Source: Bacteroidota bacterium
Lineage (GTDB): Bacteria; Bacteroidota; Bacteroidia; Chitinophagales; Saprospiraceae
Direction: 5' to 3'
Assembly (NCBI GenBank): GCA_029781865.1
Contig: JAKOVW010000093.1
Span: forward strand, 4,718 to 68,717
DNA length: 64,000 nucleotides
Shown here: piece after piece, positions 8,809-19,195 of the stretch
How the letters are laid out: each line of letters begins with the position of its first letter
Position numbering within the stretch: position 1 is the stretch's first letter
Notes under the pieces: model-generated
Databases searched by the model: none
Told to the model about the DNA's origin: nothing
Seen by the model: only the letters and a program-made list of their open reading frames with translations
Made by a program: the position numbers and the translations under genes

Positions 8809-9903
8809 TCAGCTTACACTTAAACTTCGTTCTGCATTTTTTAACTTCGATAAGTACCCATAGAATAAAGCAAACGAAAAACCAGCCAGCATTGCGGCAA
8901 GAGTGGGTTGCATGCCACTCAACCAATCATACAAGCCATGAATTACCGCAGACACCATAAATCCAAGCACAATTAATGCACCCATTTTTTCCTTGCGAAT
9001 ATATGCTGTAGTTACAAAATATGCCACTATCCCTGAAAAAACCGCATGGCAAAACACGAGAGAGAGCGACCGCAACATGACATTCACCATTGCGTTTTGC
9101 ACACCTGATACCAGGCCTTCCACTCCATAATTCATTGCCTTTGCATATGCAGAATTAATGGCGCTGTCACCATATTGTAAATTTTCAAAAGCGGCAAATC
9201 CCAATCCACTGAATACACCAATCGTGATCAGCGATAATGCACTGATATCTTTTTTGAACCATCTCAACGCAATAAATACCGGAAGAGATTTAATCAACTC
9301 CTCACAGATTCCAACCTGAAAGACAAATCCCAACAATGAAATGAATGGATTTCGACTATCCGCCATGTTGAGGTAAAAGTCAGGTAAAAATCGGTAGGCA
9401 AAAAGCAATAACCAGATTCCGATTATCCCGGTAAAGAACAACGATGGTATGGCAAGACGATTGGTATAAGGATCATTGACGATAAATTTTTTAAAAATGA
9501 CACCCCAGACAAATGCAAAAAACAAGGCAAACATGGTCAATTGCGTGGAAGGCTGCTTAACTGTTATAATCAGTAACGGAATAATTCCTAAAAAAGTCAC
9601 CGCCCAAAAAACGAAATCCTTTAAGAGCAAATGAATATTGGAATTATCAATAGGAATGACCTCTTGCTTCACCGGAATTTGTTTCAGATCCTCAAGAATA
9701 GTTCGAGCTTGTTGTGCTCCTGCATCAATAAAACTATACTGTTGACTGGTGGTACTGCCTTTGCCTGAACTTTGTTCGGCACTAATTAATGGTACTTTTA
9801 ATTCATGAGCACACACAGAACAATACCGATTTGATCCAGAAGCTGATTCATCAAAATTCAAAACTGTGTTACAAACCGGACAAGTAATTTTAATCACTAG
9901 CAT
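8809..9903 (-). CDS. PrsW-family intramembrane metalloprotease with N-terminal zinc-ribbon
   Basis: N-terminal CPVC..(x17)..CSVC zinc ribbon and multiple TM helices. PrsW signature blocks are ICEELIKSLP and AVIHGLYD. Confidence 0.7.
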   Translation of the reverse strand: MLVIKITCPVCNTVLNFDESASGSNRYCSVCAHELKVPLISAEQSSGKGSTTSQQYSFIDAGAQQARTILEDLKQIPVKQEVIPIDNSNIHLLLKDFVFWAVTFLGIIPLLIITVKQPSTQLTMFALFFAFVWGVIFKKFIVNDPYTNRLAIPSLFFTGIIGIWLLLFAYRFLPDFYLNMADSRNPFISLLGFVFQVGICEELIKSLPVFIALRWFKKDISALSLITIGVFSGLGFAAFENLQYGDSAINSAYAKAMNYGVEGLVSGVQNAMVNVMLRSLSLVFCHAVFSGIVAYFVTTAYIRKEKMGALIVLGFMVSAVIHGLYDWLSGMQPTLAAMLAGFSFALFYGYLSKLKNAERSLSVS

Positions 9904-9932
9904 AATTCACAACCTTTGAATTATAAAAGATC

Positions 9933-10313
9933 TTATTTCTTATCACAAGATAAGCCCCAGATTTTTATTTTTTTTGCGGTTTTTTTAAATTCTACTGTTC
10001 TTTTATCGATAATTTTTACGGATCTGCTTTCATCCAGCGAAGGATCAAATAGAGCCTGCAAATCCGGTAAATCATCCTTATCCAGTTTAAATACAAGCCG
10101 GATGTTTTCTCCTTTGTCATTCCACTTTCCTTCAAACACATATTTTTTGGGTGGTTGTTCTTCAAAAACCTTAAAGTGAATGAGAAAGGTCTGATTTTTT
10201 CTCAGAACCAGATCTATATCCGCTACATCATTGGCAGCAACATGATAGACCGCATGCTTTGCAGGACTGCAGCCAATACAAAAGACCGTTACAACAAAAA
10301 TGATATATTTCAT
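9933..10313 (-). CDS. Hypothetical lipoprotein
   Basis: Signal peptide with a lipobox-like FCIGCS; no recognisable domain. Confidence 0.5.
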   Translation of the reverse strand: MKYIIFVVTVFCIGCSPAKHAVYHVAANDVADIDLVLRKNQTFLIHFKVFEEQPPKKYVFEGKWNDKGENIRLVFKLDKDDLPDLQALFDPSLDESRSVKIIDKRTVEFKKTAKKIKIWGLSCDKK

Positions 10314-10391
10314 TAGAATAATTTGGGGAATGTAAAAATAACGAAATATTGGAACTAGCAGGGGGTAAAGCCAATGAACCAGATACTGACA

Positions 10392-11492
10392 TCACTCTTC
10401 CTTCAGATTATAGTCCCAATCTGTCATTCTAAAGGTTCCATAGCAAAAATCACCTTCCGGATATTTATATATGGTTTCTGCATAAGAAGCCAAAGTATAT
10501 CCCTTAAATTCCTTATACTCCTTCATAGGTGTCGACCAACGAAACTTTTGCATGATGCCCTGATCGTTTAAAGCATATCTGTCCTCAGACGTAAAATTGA
10601 TCAATTGCCAATTTTCATTAAAATACAACAAAGCTGTGATGGTGATTTTATTCCTGGTAAATTTTGCTTCCACTGTTTTCTCATCTATTAACTTCCATGA
10701 AATTCCCGGGTCAATGAGAGTTGCAGGAGCCATCACACACATATCATTAAAAAATGTAACCGTTTCGGCTGTACCCATTTCCATACCCGATTGATATTGC
10801 ACCCTGAATAAAGATAACAATCTTATATCCATAAATGCATTTCCATTTATATAACAATGAAAACCTGCAACGGGTAAATGCTTCATTACTGCTTTCATAA
10901 AAAACAGCCTTGCTGATGAAGATAAAAAATTGTGTTGCTCTGAGTTAAACAGCATCCATTCGGACTTTTCATTTTTCCGGATTCTTCCTTCAAATAATAC
11001 TTTAAAATTTTCAATCTTTGGTTTATTCAGCGAACCGGTATAGGCTATATATTTTTTTACAGGTTCTGGTAAATTTTCAATATCCTTAAGGGTGAGCAAA
11101 TTTGGATGATCTGATGTTGACTGACTCAAATAATTTTTTACCTGTAATTCATATACATGTTCGAATTTCTTTTGAAATAAAGCAACCACTGCAAGCAGTA
11201 AAAATATCAGGTTGAATACAGAACCAAATTTTGCATCCTGCCAGTTAACAAAGAGGAGTACCTGGGAAATGATCACAGCCAAAATCAAAAATAACCACCA
11301 GGTATTTCTTTGTGTTAAATACAAAACCGCTGTCACAACAAAAAGGATACATACCCCGAGCCACATCAGTCCCTGAAGTTTTCCAATGTCGTGATGGAAT
11401 GGCTGCGCATTTTTCAACTGGAATCCGGTAAAAAATCCAATCAGATGTATCAATCCATGAATACACAATATAATGCTGATCATAATCCTCAT
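10392..11492 (-). CDS. Hypothetical membrane protein (about 4 N-terminal TM helices plus a soluble C-terminal domain)
   Basis: 366-aa ORF with a hydrophobic N-terminal 110 aa; no motif I can name. Confidence 0.5.
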   Translation of the reverse strand: MRIMISIILCIHGLIHLIGFFTGFQLKNAQPFHHDIGKLQGLMWLGVCILFVVTAVLYLTQRNTWWLFLILAVIISQVLLFVNWQDAKFGSVFNLIFLLLAVVALFQKKFEHVYELQVKNYLSQSTSDHPNLLTLKDIENLPEPVKKYIAYTGSLNKPKIENFKVLFEGRIRKNEKSEWMLFNSEQHNFLSSSARLFFMKAVMKHLPVAGFHCYINGNAFMDIRLLSLFRVQYQSGMEMGTAETVTFFNDMCVMAPATLIDPGISWKLIDEKTVEAKFTRNKITITALLYFNENWQLINFTSEDRYALNDQGIMQKFRWSTPMKEYKEFKGYTLASYAETIYKYPEGDFCYGTFRMTDWDYNLKEE

Positions 11493-12060
11493 AGTCGTAT
11501 TATTTTAATCGGTTTTCATTTTACTTAAATATTTATAGATTTGATCAGACTTTCGGCTACGACGAAAACATGATATCGCCTTAGCGGATCGCAGTTTCCC
11601 TTGTTTACATTATTGCTATTAGTGTGGTGGAAATACAAAGAACCATTTCGCTTACAGTACCGTTCCTCTTGCCATTGAAGAATAATAAATATAAAATGGG
11701 ACCATTACTTACCTATTAAAGCGATACTCATACCAAATTTTATATGACCTGCTATTCTAAAAACGCATTAAGGGTACTATAAACCTGGCTTATTAAATAG
11801 GTTCACCATCATTTATTAAAGTTAAACTTGTAAAAAGAGGAAGCAATCCTTTGACTAAAAACGGAATCACATTTGGAATTAAGAAGCTAAAGAAAGGCGA
11901 ATTCTCCAGCTCCGTTCTTGTATTCCAGTTGTAACGCTTCCAGCCTTTTAATCAACAAACCTGCGTTTGCATTGCTATTTATAACGAATAATGACTAATA
12001 TTCTATAATCCGATATAAACGGCGGATTGCTTCACTCTGATTACTCAGTCAGTAATGATA

Positions 12061-12441
12061 TTAAACTTCGACCGGTTCCTTCTTTGGATATTTATCCATA
12101 AACTTATCAATCAAATCCGGCAACTTTTCAAATGCACCACTTAGTCCTCTGGAAGACCGCGTAGGAATAAATTGAATTTCATTGCCGCGGGTAACCAGAA
12201 ATCCCACAGGTCCCATACCTATACCGGCTCCTCCTCCACTGCCAAATCCTTCGCCATTACCCGGATTTTTTCCGTTTCCTTTACCTTCTCCGCCGCCGCC
12301 GCCGAAACCAAGCCCAAGAGACATTACAGGAACACAGGAGAATTCTCCGAGCGTAAATGGTTGACCAATGATGGTTTCTGTTTTTGCTTCAGACTTCAAA
12401 AAGTCCGTCATCTTAACTAATAAATCATTTAAATTATCCAT
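12061..12441 (-). CDS. GerW/YtfJ-family protein (sporulation-protein-like)
   Basis: 126 aa with the layout ETIIGQPFTLGEFSCVPVMSLGLGFGGGGGEG...GPVGFLVTRGNEIQFIP, typical of the YtfJ/GerW family including the Gly-rich loop. Confidence 0.7.
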   Translation of the reverse strand: MDNLNDLLVKMTDFLKSEAKTETIIGQPFTLGEFSCVPVMSLGLGFGGGGGEGKGNGKNPGNGEGFGSGGGAGIGMGPVGFLVTRGNEIQFIPTRSSRGLSGAFEKLPDLIDKFMDKYPKKEPVEV

Positions 12442-12454
12442 GACTATTGTTTTA

Positions 12455-12952
12455 TTAATTTGTAATAAACACCCATAATATGCGTGCTAAATTGTTTTCA
12501 ATTTTTAGAACAATACTATTTTCATTTAAAAAATTTATTCTCAATGGCCTGTTGAATTTAGTTTCCAATACATAAAATACCGGGAAAAGGATTCCATTCC
12601 ATTGATTATTTCCCAGATCTAAATTCAATTCACATCTTTTAATTTTAAAACTTTTCAAAACGGACCAATGTTTGTTAATCGGCAACTCTTTTCTAAATTT
12701 AACTTTTGTTTCCGGAGACTCTTTGCTTACATTTTTAGGCAAGTCAAGTAAATTAATATATTTTCTCCAAACAAAAATTTTCAACTTTAACACCAAATTA
12801 TCTTCTTTACTTATGATGGCCACACTCGCTAGACCCCGAAATGATACCTGATAAACATCCGTAATGGTGTTGATTTCAAGACAGATCTTAGCAAACAAGA
12901 CATAGAGGATAACCAAAACAAAACCACTTAAAATCAGATACAACCACAGCAT
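12455..12952 (-). CDS. Membrane-anchored hypothetical protein, YtfI/DUF2953-like
   Basis: Single N-terminal TM. Sits 13 nt upstream of the YtfJ-like gene, mirroring the Bacillus ytfI-ytfJ arrangement. The family call rests mainly on context. Confidence 0.45.
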   Translation of the reverse strand: MLWLYLILSGFVLVILYVLFAKICLEINTITDVYQVSFRGLASVAIISKEDNLVLKLKIFVWRKYINLLDLPKNVSKESPETKVKFRKELPINKHWSVLKSFKIKRCELNLDLGNNQWNGILFPVFYVLETKFNRPLRINFLNENSIVLKIENNLARILWVFITN

Positions 12953-12987
12953 TTAATAATTAAAACAAGTTGTTGCTACCTATTCGT

Positions 12988-13455
12988 TTAGCTCATTTGC
13001 TCCATCAGGTAATTTTTCAATTGCAACTGCCTGATCATTTCGAGCTGCATTTCCAACCAATCCAGATGTCCCTCTTCCTCCATCAAAATAGACCGCATTA
13101 TATATGCCGTTCCGTGATCTCCCAGTTCCATTGCCAAACGGATATTATCATTATACGCTTTAACTGCTAACTCCTCTGCTCTGCAATCATTTTTAAATTG
13201 CTCTTCAATATTCTCACCAATATTCACTTCATTCAGCAAATTGATTTTTGGAGTTCCTTCCAAAAATATAACTCGCTCAATCAATTTCTCTGCATGCTTC
13301 ATTTCCGTTATTGCCCTCACCTTAATATGATCATGCAGTTTCTTATACCCCCAGTTTGCACACATCTCCGCATGAATTATATATTGGCTGATTGCAGTCA
13401 TTTCGTCTGCAAGCAATGCATTCAATTTCTCAATAATTTTAGGCTCTCCTTTCAT
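12988..13455 (-). CDS. bfr: Bacterioferritin
   Basis: MKGEPKIIEKLNALLADEMTAISQYIIHAEM..EMKHAEKLIERVIFLEG..MEEEGHLDWLE carries the di-iron ligands and the haem Met context. The start is set at Met27 of the track ORF (ATG at 13455) because bacterioferritins begin MKG-; the longer ORF reaches 13533. Confidence 0.85.
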   Translation of the reverse strand: MKGEPKIIEKLNALLADEMTAISQYIIHAEMCANWGYKKLHDHIKVRAITEMKHAEKLIERVIFLEGTPKINLLNEVNIGENIEEQFKNDCRAEELAVKAYNDNIRLAMELGDHGTAYIMRSILMEEEGHLDWLEMQLEMIRQLQLKNYLMEQMS

Positions 13456-13686
13456 ATCTAATAAATTTATGCCAATTACTAAACCCGGTAAATTCTCATG
13501 AATGAATGCAAAATTGAAATAATGAATATTCATTTCTATTGATATACGTCATTGCGAAATATGAGATTCATCAATTTCAATCCAACTTAGTATCCAAGGA
13601 GTAGGATCTCCTGAAAAACTGGATTTCATTCTGGAGCTGAATTAGAAGAATTAAACGGTGAAAATAAAAATCAGGAGGTTCGAAAA

Positions 13687-15246
13687 TCAATGCAATTCAA
13701 GGGTTTCAACTTCAGGAATATCTTTTAATGTAAGTTGAATGTGTTTATTATGAGCCTTTGTCCTGAACTCCTGGAAAATTTCCAGTACATCGCGGTCGAT
13801 ATAAACACTGTCCGAGCCAATAATTTCTACAATCGAATATTCCGGTAACTGATCCAGCATTTCCATGAAACGCTTTTTATTAAGAAAGCTGACATTTAAA
13901 GCCAATTCAATAATGTAGTGTTTATTGTGTCCTTCTGAATTCACTTTAACAATAAATCCTGCCCTATAGGTATGCTTAATTAAAAAGTAGATAGCGTACC
14001 CGATCCCAATTAGAACTCCAACCAACAAGTCAGTTAATAAAATAGAAATAACCGTGACCAGGAACGGATAAAATTGCTCTTTACCTTGTTTGCGTAATGC
14101 AAATATCATTTTGGGTTTAACCAGATGATAACCAGTATGAATAAGTATGACAGCCAATACACAATATGGAATCCTGTTTAAAACGGGTATCGCAAACAGA
14201 ACTGCCAGCAACAACCATATACCATGTGTGAACGCTGCTCTTTTCGTCCGGGCGCCTGCTTCTGCATTTGCTGAACTTCTTACAATCACTGCTGTAATCG
14301 GAAGTCCACCACTCAGACCGCTTATAAAATTGGCAACTCCCTGTGCAACCAATTCCCTGTTTTGAGGTGAAATTCGTTTATATGGATCCAACTTATCTAT
14401 TGCGGTAATACTTAGCAAGGTCTCAAGTGCTGCAACAAAACAGATGATAATTGCATTCCTCCAAATATGCGCATTTGAAAACAAAGCAGGAAAATCAGGA
14501 ACTCTTAATTCGACAAATATATTTTCTGGAATATTGATGAACTGCGATTTTTTAAGCTGAAACTCCGAAGTCGTTGTATTTAAAAGAATTGCCATTAACA
14601 CACCCGCAAAAACCAAAACAAAATAAGTAGGAATCAAATTTAATTTCGCAGACAGATATTTATTCCATATGAACAGCAATAACAAACAAACTGCTGAAAT
14701 CAACATAGGTCCTTTCGAACTATGTTCATACAAACTATGAATGCTGCTAAAAACATGGTCCAGGGTGATAATATTAAATAGCTCGTTCGACCAAAAATCT
14801 GGTCTGTCATAACCAATTAAGGTGGGAATTTGCTTTGAAACCAATATAACACCTATAGCGGTGAGCATTCCTTTGATTACGGAAGAGGGAATGAAATAAG
14901 TAAAACTTCCTAACTTAAATAATCCAAGGAGGATCTGCAATAAACCGGCAACTGCAACTGATAAAAAAAATATTTCTATTGAACCCAATTGAATAATAGC
15001 CGCAGCACAGATTGCCGTCAATCCGGCTGCCGGTCCGCTTACACTTAGTTCTGACTTGCTAATGAGCGGGATCAAGATACCACCGATTATACCTGCAATT
15101 AATCCGGAGATTACAGGAACATTAGAAGCCAAAGCGACTCCCAGACAAAGCGGCAAAGCCACAAAAAATACAGCTATACTTGCCTTAAAATCGTGTCTGA
15201 AAAATGAACTTAAATAAAATCTTGTCTTCCTCGCTAATACTTTCAT
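13687..15246 (-). CDS. SulP-family inorganic anion transporter with C-terminal STAS domain
   Basis: 519 aa and polytopic, with a SulP-like N-terminus (FRHDFKASIAVFFVALPLCLGVALAS) and a soluble STAS-like C-terminal domain. Confidence 0.8.
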   Translation of the reverse strand: MKVLARKTRFYLSSFFRHDFKASIAVFFVALPLCLGVALASNVPVISGLIAGIIGGILIPLISKSELSVSGPAAGLTAICAAAIIQLGSIEIFFLSVAVAGLLQILLGLFKLGSFTYFIPSSVIKGMLTAIGVILVSKQIPTLIGYDRPDFWSNELFNIITLDHVFSSIHSLYEHSSKGPMLISAVCLLLLFIWNKYLSAKLNLIPTYFVLVFAGVLMAILLNTTTSEFQLKKSQFINIPENIFVELRVPDFPALFSNAHIWRNAIIICFVAALETLLSITAIDKLDPYKRISPQNRELVAQGVANFISGLSGGLPITAVIVRSSANAEAGARTKRAAFTHGIWLLLAVLFAIPVLNRIPYCVLAVILIHTGYHLVKPKMIFALRKQGKEQFYPFLVTVISILLTDLLVGVLIGIGYAIYFLIKHTYRAGFIVKVNSEGHNKHYIIELALNVSFLNKKRFMEMLDQLPEYSIVEIIGSDSVYIDRDVLEIFQEFRTKAHNKHIQLTLKDIPEVETLELH

Positions 15247-15403
15247 GATTCCCTGTATACTTCTGAATCATTCATTAATTTAAATTTAACAGCTAACCTC
15301 ATGTTTTGTTGTCCTCTGATCTGAATCGGATTTTAAATCTATAATCCATAACAACTATACTTCGTGTATTGCCATCTTACCACCTGATGATTTGAAAATC
15401 ACC

Positions 15404-15733
15404 TCATGAATTTCTCTCTTTCGGGTAAATTTCTTCGACTACTTCAAGCACAGTCCGAAAAGCGACAAAGCGATTGGCATAGCGGTCTATGTGTTCTTTT
15501 TGAAGAGCGGGTGCATGATGAATCATGTAGTTGGTTAATACTTCGTGAGACATTGCATCGTATTGCAGTACATAGGTAACACCATCTTCTTCTTTTATAT
15601 CGAGCTTAGAGAGCCTGCATTTGCGGAATGCTCCTGTCGATAATACTTTTGGAATATGATGAGTACGCATCCACATTAACCATTCGTCTACTAAATCCTG
15701 ATTTATCTTTACTGTGACATTGTATATTACCAT
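15404..15733 (-). CDS. DUF4286-family protein
   Basis: 109 aa; MVIYNVTVKINQDLVDEWLMWMRTHHIPKVLSTGAF matches my recollection of DUF4286. Confidence 0.55.
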   Translation of the reverse strand: MVIYNVTVKINQDLVDEWLMWMRTHHIPKVLSTGAFRKCRLSKLDIKEEDGVTYVLQYDAMSHEVLTNYMIHHAPALQKEHIDRYANRFVAFRTVLEVVEEIYPKERNS

Positions 15734-15789
15734 AAAACTGTTTTCAATTAATATATGATACCTGCACGACCAACAATTCCAATCCTGGC

Positions 15790-17136
15790 TTAAAAATCAA
15801 AATTCATACTTATGCCAAAACTGCTCTTCTGAGGCTGCGCACTTAGCAAAACATAAGTATTATCCAATTGCTTTACAAATACCCGGCTTGGAGCATTATC
15901 ATAATAATATTTGTAAAATATGCCTATTGAAAATCGTTTTTCCACCTCGATATCCAGTGATGAATTAAGATAAAAGAAATAATCCAGTTTTTCATCCCTG
16001 TAATTTCCTTCCGTTACTACATTTTTGATTTTATCAAATGGAAGTAATAAAAACGGGTATATGCGAAATTTATATTTGTCCTTTGGCTTCCATACTAAGC
16101 CTAAACGGATTACAGACTCAAATCTGTTTGTCGGATTGACATTGAAAGTCATCGTAGTATCCTTTCCATTGAAATTAATAGTGTTTTTTATAACCGTTTT
16201 TTCTATTTTATAAAATGCTCCCAACAATAAGGATAGTCTCAATTTGCTGCTTTGTTTTTTATTGGCGATCAAATATCGGGTACGGGAATCTGAAATGATC
16301 TGGATGTCATCCTGACTCAATTGCAAAATATTATTTGCCGGAGCCAGAGTTCGCAAAGATGCAATCAAATCATCCCCTTTCGCACGGTATTCCGGCTTCC
16401 GGTTGATTTCATCTCTTATGGCTCTTCCTCTTTTTGTCAGTGCATTACTATACAAACTAAATACAAATCCAGCTCCGATTTCATATCTGCTTTCAATGCC
16501 CAGATATTCCTCGCTGAATCTTTTTGCAATGATGTAATTTTCAAGCCACAATCCACTGGCATTTGCAGCTGATTCTATCTTGCGGTTATATTTCTTTAAT
16601 AAATATTCATTATTCTCTTTTGCAATATCGCTAAGATTTTTTTCTGCCTGCAGTTCTTTAATCTTGTCCTTATATTTTGTAATCGTGGACTCGATACTCG
16701 GTACATATGGATGAAAGTCGAATGAAATATCTATATTCGATTCGTTTGCCACAAATACACCATCATTCAATAAGGTTTGTATGTCTGCAGAAAAATCAAG
16801 CTCATAGGGATATAGACCCTGATCAATACTTACACCGGCACCAAAATGATATACACTATTTGATTTGGTTTCATTGCCAGCAAAATTAAAAAAGCCTTTT
16901 CCATTCAAACGATGCTCCCTGTTCATGAATTCATACAGATTATCCAGCAAATGATAGGTCTCATTTGAAGTACGAAGTATAGTCGTATAATTGGAATCCT
17001 GCTTATTTAATCCATACAACAATCCTTTCTTGGTGTTCATGTTTTTGTAGAGTTCTTCGAATTCTTTGTCCGTAGTTTGTGCACCAATAAGAATTGGAAG
17101 ACCTATCAACATAAGGAATGTAATTTCTTTTTTCAT
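15790..17136 (-). CDS. Putative outer-membrane beta-barrel protein
   Basis: Signal peptide, alternating beta-strand-like sequence and a C-terminal aromatic residue (..ISMNFDF). Confidence 0.5.
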   Translation of the reverse strand: MKKEITFLMLIGLPILIGAQTTDKEFEELYKNMNTKKGLLYGLNKQDSNYTTILRTSNETYHLLDNLYEFMNREHRLNGKGFFNFAGNETKSNSVYHFGAGVSIDQGLYPYELDFSADIQTLLNDGVFVANESNIDISFDFHPYVPSIESTITKYKDKIKELQAEKNLSDIAKENNEYLLKKYNRKIESAANASGLWLENYIIAKRFSEEYLGIESRYEIGAGFVFSLYSNALTKRGRAIRDEINRKPEYRAKGDDLIASLRTLAPANNILQLSQDDIQIISDSRTRYLIANKKQSSKLRLSLLLGAFYKIEKTVIKNTINFNGKDTTMTFNVNPTNRFESVIRLGLVWKPKDKYKFRIYPFLLLPFDKIKNVVTEGNYRDEKLDYFFYLNSSLDIEVEKRFSIGIFYKYYYDNAPSRVFVKQLDNTYVLLSAQPQKSSFGISMNFDF

Positions 17137-17146
17137 TTCATAAAGA

Positions 17147-17842
17147 TTAATAAATTCTCAATACTCCACCTTCAATTGCATATTTATAACCACTTGCCTG
17201 AATCCGGATCGTTTCTTTGGCAACGAACTCCAATATGGGTAAGCGTTCAGCTTGTTTATAACTTGTGGCCAATTCCCATTGCGATTCATCCGGAATAAAA
17301 ATCAATGCAAGTGAATTGCCGCCAGCAAATTCCCAATGAAAATCTGTAATTTTTTGATTCCATTGAAAATGAATTACACCTCCCCGTCCAAATCCGGTAA
17401 AATATATTCTGGCATAGGAATCCCCAAACGGTTTAAACCCTAAATCTTCCCTGGCACTAATGATTATGGCATTATCAACTTCAAGCCAGCTGGAAATTTC
17501 AGAGTCCGACCGATTGGCCTCAATTAATTTTTTCACCAACGCATATACCAGTTTTTGATTGAGCTCTTCTTTTAATTGCTTATAATTTTTTTCAAACTCA
17601 ATGCGGGCCAATTCGGATGCATTCTTTAAAATTTGGTTGCGCTCCTGTGTTGCCGCAAGTTTTTCATCAATGGCATCCTTTTTGGATTGCAATAAATCCT
17701 CTTTCATTGCATCAAAATGCGATAGACTATCTGCTATCATCTTTTTATAAATTGCAGCATACTCTTCAAGATTTGGATTTTCAGATGGTGATTTGGAAGA
17801 CACTGTTTTAGGATAAGCCGTTGGATTGAGTACAAAATTCAA
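17147..17842 (-). CDS. Hypothetical protein (coiled-coil N-terminal half); start uncertain
   Basis: ORF ending 10 nt upstream of the OMP gene. The track start is a TTG and the first ATG is about 34 codons in. Confidence 0.4.
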   Translation of the reverse strand: MNFVLNPTAYPKTVSSKSPSENPNLEEYAAIYKKMIADSLSHFDAMKEDLLQSKKDAIDEKLAATQERNQILKNASELARIEFEKNYKQLKEELNQKLVYALVKKLIEANRSDSEISSWLEVDNAIIISAREDLGFKPFGDSYARIYFTGFGRGGVIHFQWNQKITDFHWEFAGGNSLALIFIPDESQWELATSYKQAERLPILEFVAKETIRIQASGYKYAIEGGVLRIY

Positions 17843-18550
17843 AATCAGGCATCGCAGTTCGGATGCGCAATGCAGCTAGAGCAGCAAAGATTTTGCCAAA
17901 TTCATTACAGTTAAAATGACATCTATCCTATTGTAAATCTGTAAGTTACGCAATAGTTCACCAAGCCTGGCCTTCCTACTATTTCATATTGAAAGCCCCA
18001 TTTTGAATAGAATTATAGATTCTCAACCAAAGTGGCAGGCTCATTAGGGTTACAGTGGAAGCAGTAATGGTTCCACAATTAAAGAAGTGACCCTTGAGCC
18101 AACCAAATTCTTATAAAAATTCCCTTTGCTTATCGTTAGCCTTTTGGTGATTTACTCCAATCCCGAATACACTGATTTTGATTTGTAATTTTTTTTTAGT
18201 TTAAATAATGATTATGCTCGGAACCCTTAATTTAATTCTGATCAAACTCCGGATAGAAGCAGGTATTGTCTAATTTTCGATATGAATACACTTTAAAATG
18301 TTTACTTCCAATCCAATCGAATTGTTGGATTATTATGCCGGATTCTCCAAATGAATGCAACTCCTGTATAAAACCAAACGCTTGGATTACGGACATAATC
18401 AATAGATTTGAATAATTTTGCAATTGTTGAACAATTCACAATCTAATTTGCTTATTAAATTTATCTGTCCATTTCTACCAAAGGGACGATGTTTGATTCT
18501 TATTTATAGTTACATTGCATTCCTATTAATAACCTTCTAAAAAAAAGAAC

Positions 18551-19195
18551 ATGGATCTAATGCAAACATTGCAGGAACAACTACAGGGACCTGCATTAAG
18601 TCAAATAAGCAAACAAATTGGTGCAACCAATGAACAAACTTCAACTGCAGCCAACGGTATTTTTGCCGCACTGGTTGGAGGATTAGCCAAAAATGCTTCA
18701 TCCGAATCGGGTCTTAACGCGCTTACCAATGCATTGGACAGAGATCATGACGGAAGCATTCTCAATGATGTTGCCGGAATGATTGGAGGCATTCTGCAGG
18801 GACAGGTTTCCGGCGCCAATAATGGAGCTGGCATTTTAGGACACGTCTTAGGTAACAAGCAAGAGCAAGTCGCGCAGCATGTCAGCCAGACTTCCGGCTT
18901 GGATCTTAGTCAGATTATGAAGTTAATGCCTATTCTTGCACCGATAGTAATGGGTGTTCTTGGAAGAATGAGAAACTCAAATGAAAGCACTCCAAGTAGT
19001 GGCGGCGGATTCGGAGATTTAGCTAATATCTTAATGGGATCCGCACAATCCGCAGCACAAAGTGGAGGCTTTGGCGATCTTATTGGATCTGTTTTAGGTG
19101 GAGTCCTCGGAGGACAACAAGCTCCTAACCAGGAAACAGCGCAAAGCAGTGGAGGCTTTTTGGGAAATATACTTGGAAATATTTTCAAGAAGTAA
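18551..19195 (+). CDS. DUF937-domain protein (Gly/Ser-rich)
   Basis: MDLMQTLQEQLQGPALSQISKQIGA..ANGIFAALVGGLAKN..LDRDHDGSILNDV is the typical DUF937 architecture. Confidence 0.6.
   Translation: MDLMQTLQEQLQGPALSQISKQIGATNEQTSTAANGIFAALVGGLAKNASSESGLNALTNALDRDHDGSILNDVAGMIGGILQGQVSGANNGAGILGHVLGNKQEQVAQHVSQTSGLDLSQIMKLMPILAPIVMGVLGRMRNSNESTPSSGGGFGDLANILMGSAQSAAQSGGFGDLIGSVLGGVLGGQQAPNQETAQSSGGFLGNILGNIFKK

Noticed and set aside
12182-12364. Proline-rich 60-aa ORF (..PIPIPAPPPLPNPSPLPG..)
   Set aside because: It is the antisense reading of the Gly-rich (GGN codon) loop of the YtfJ/GerW-like gene and is a mirror artefact.
13456-13533. 26-codon N-terminal extension of bacterioferritin
   Set aside because: Bacterioferritins start MKG.., and the extension is hydrophobic and atypical. 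Met27 is preferred.
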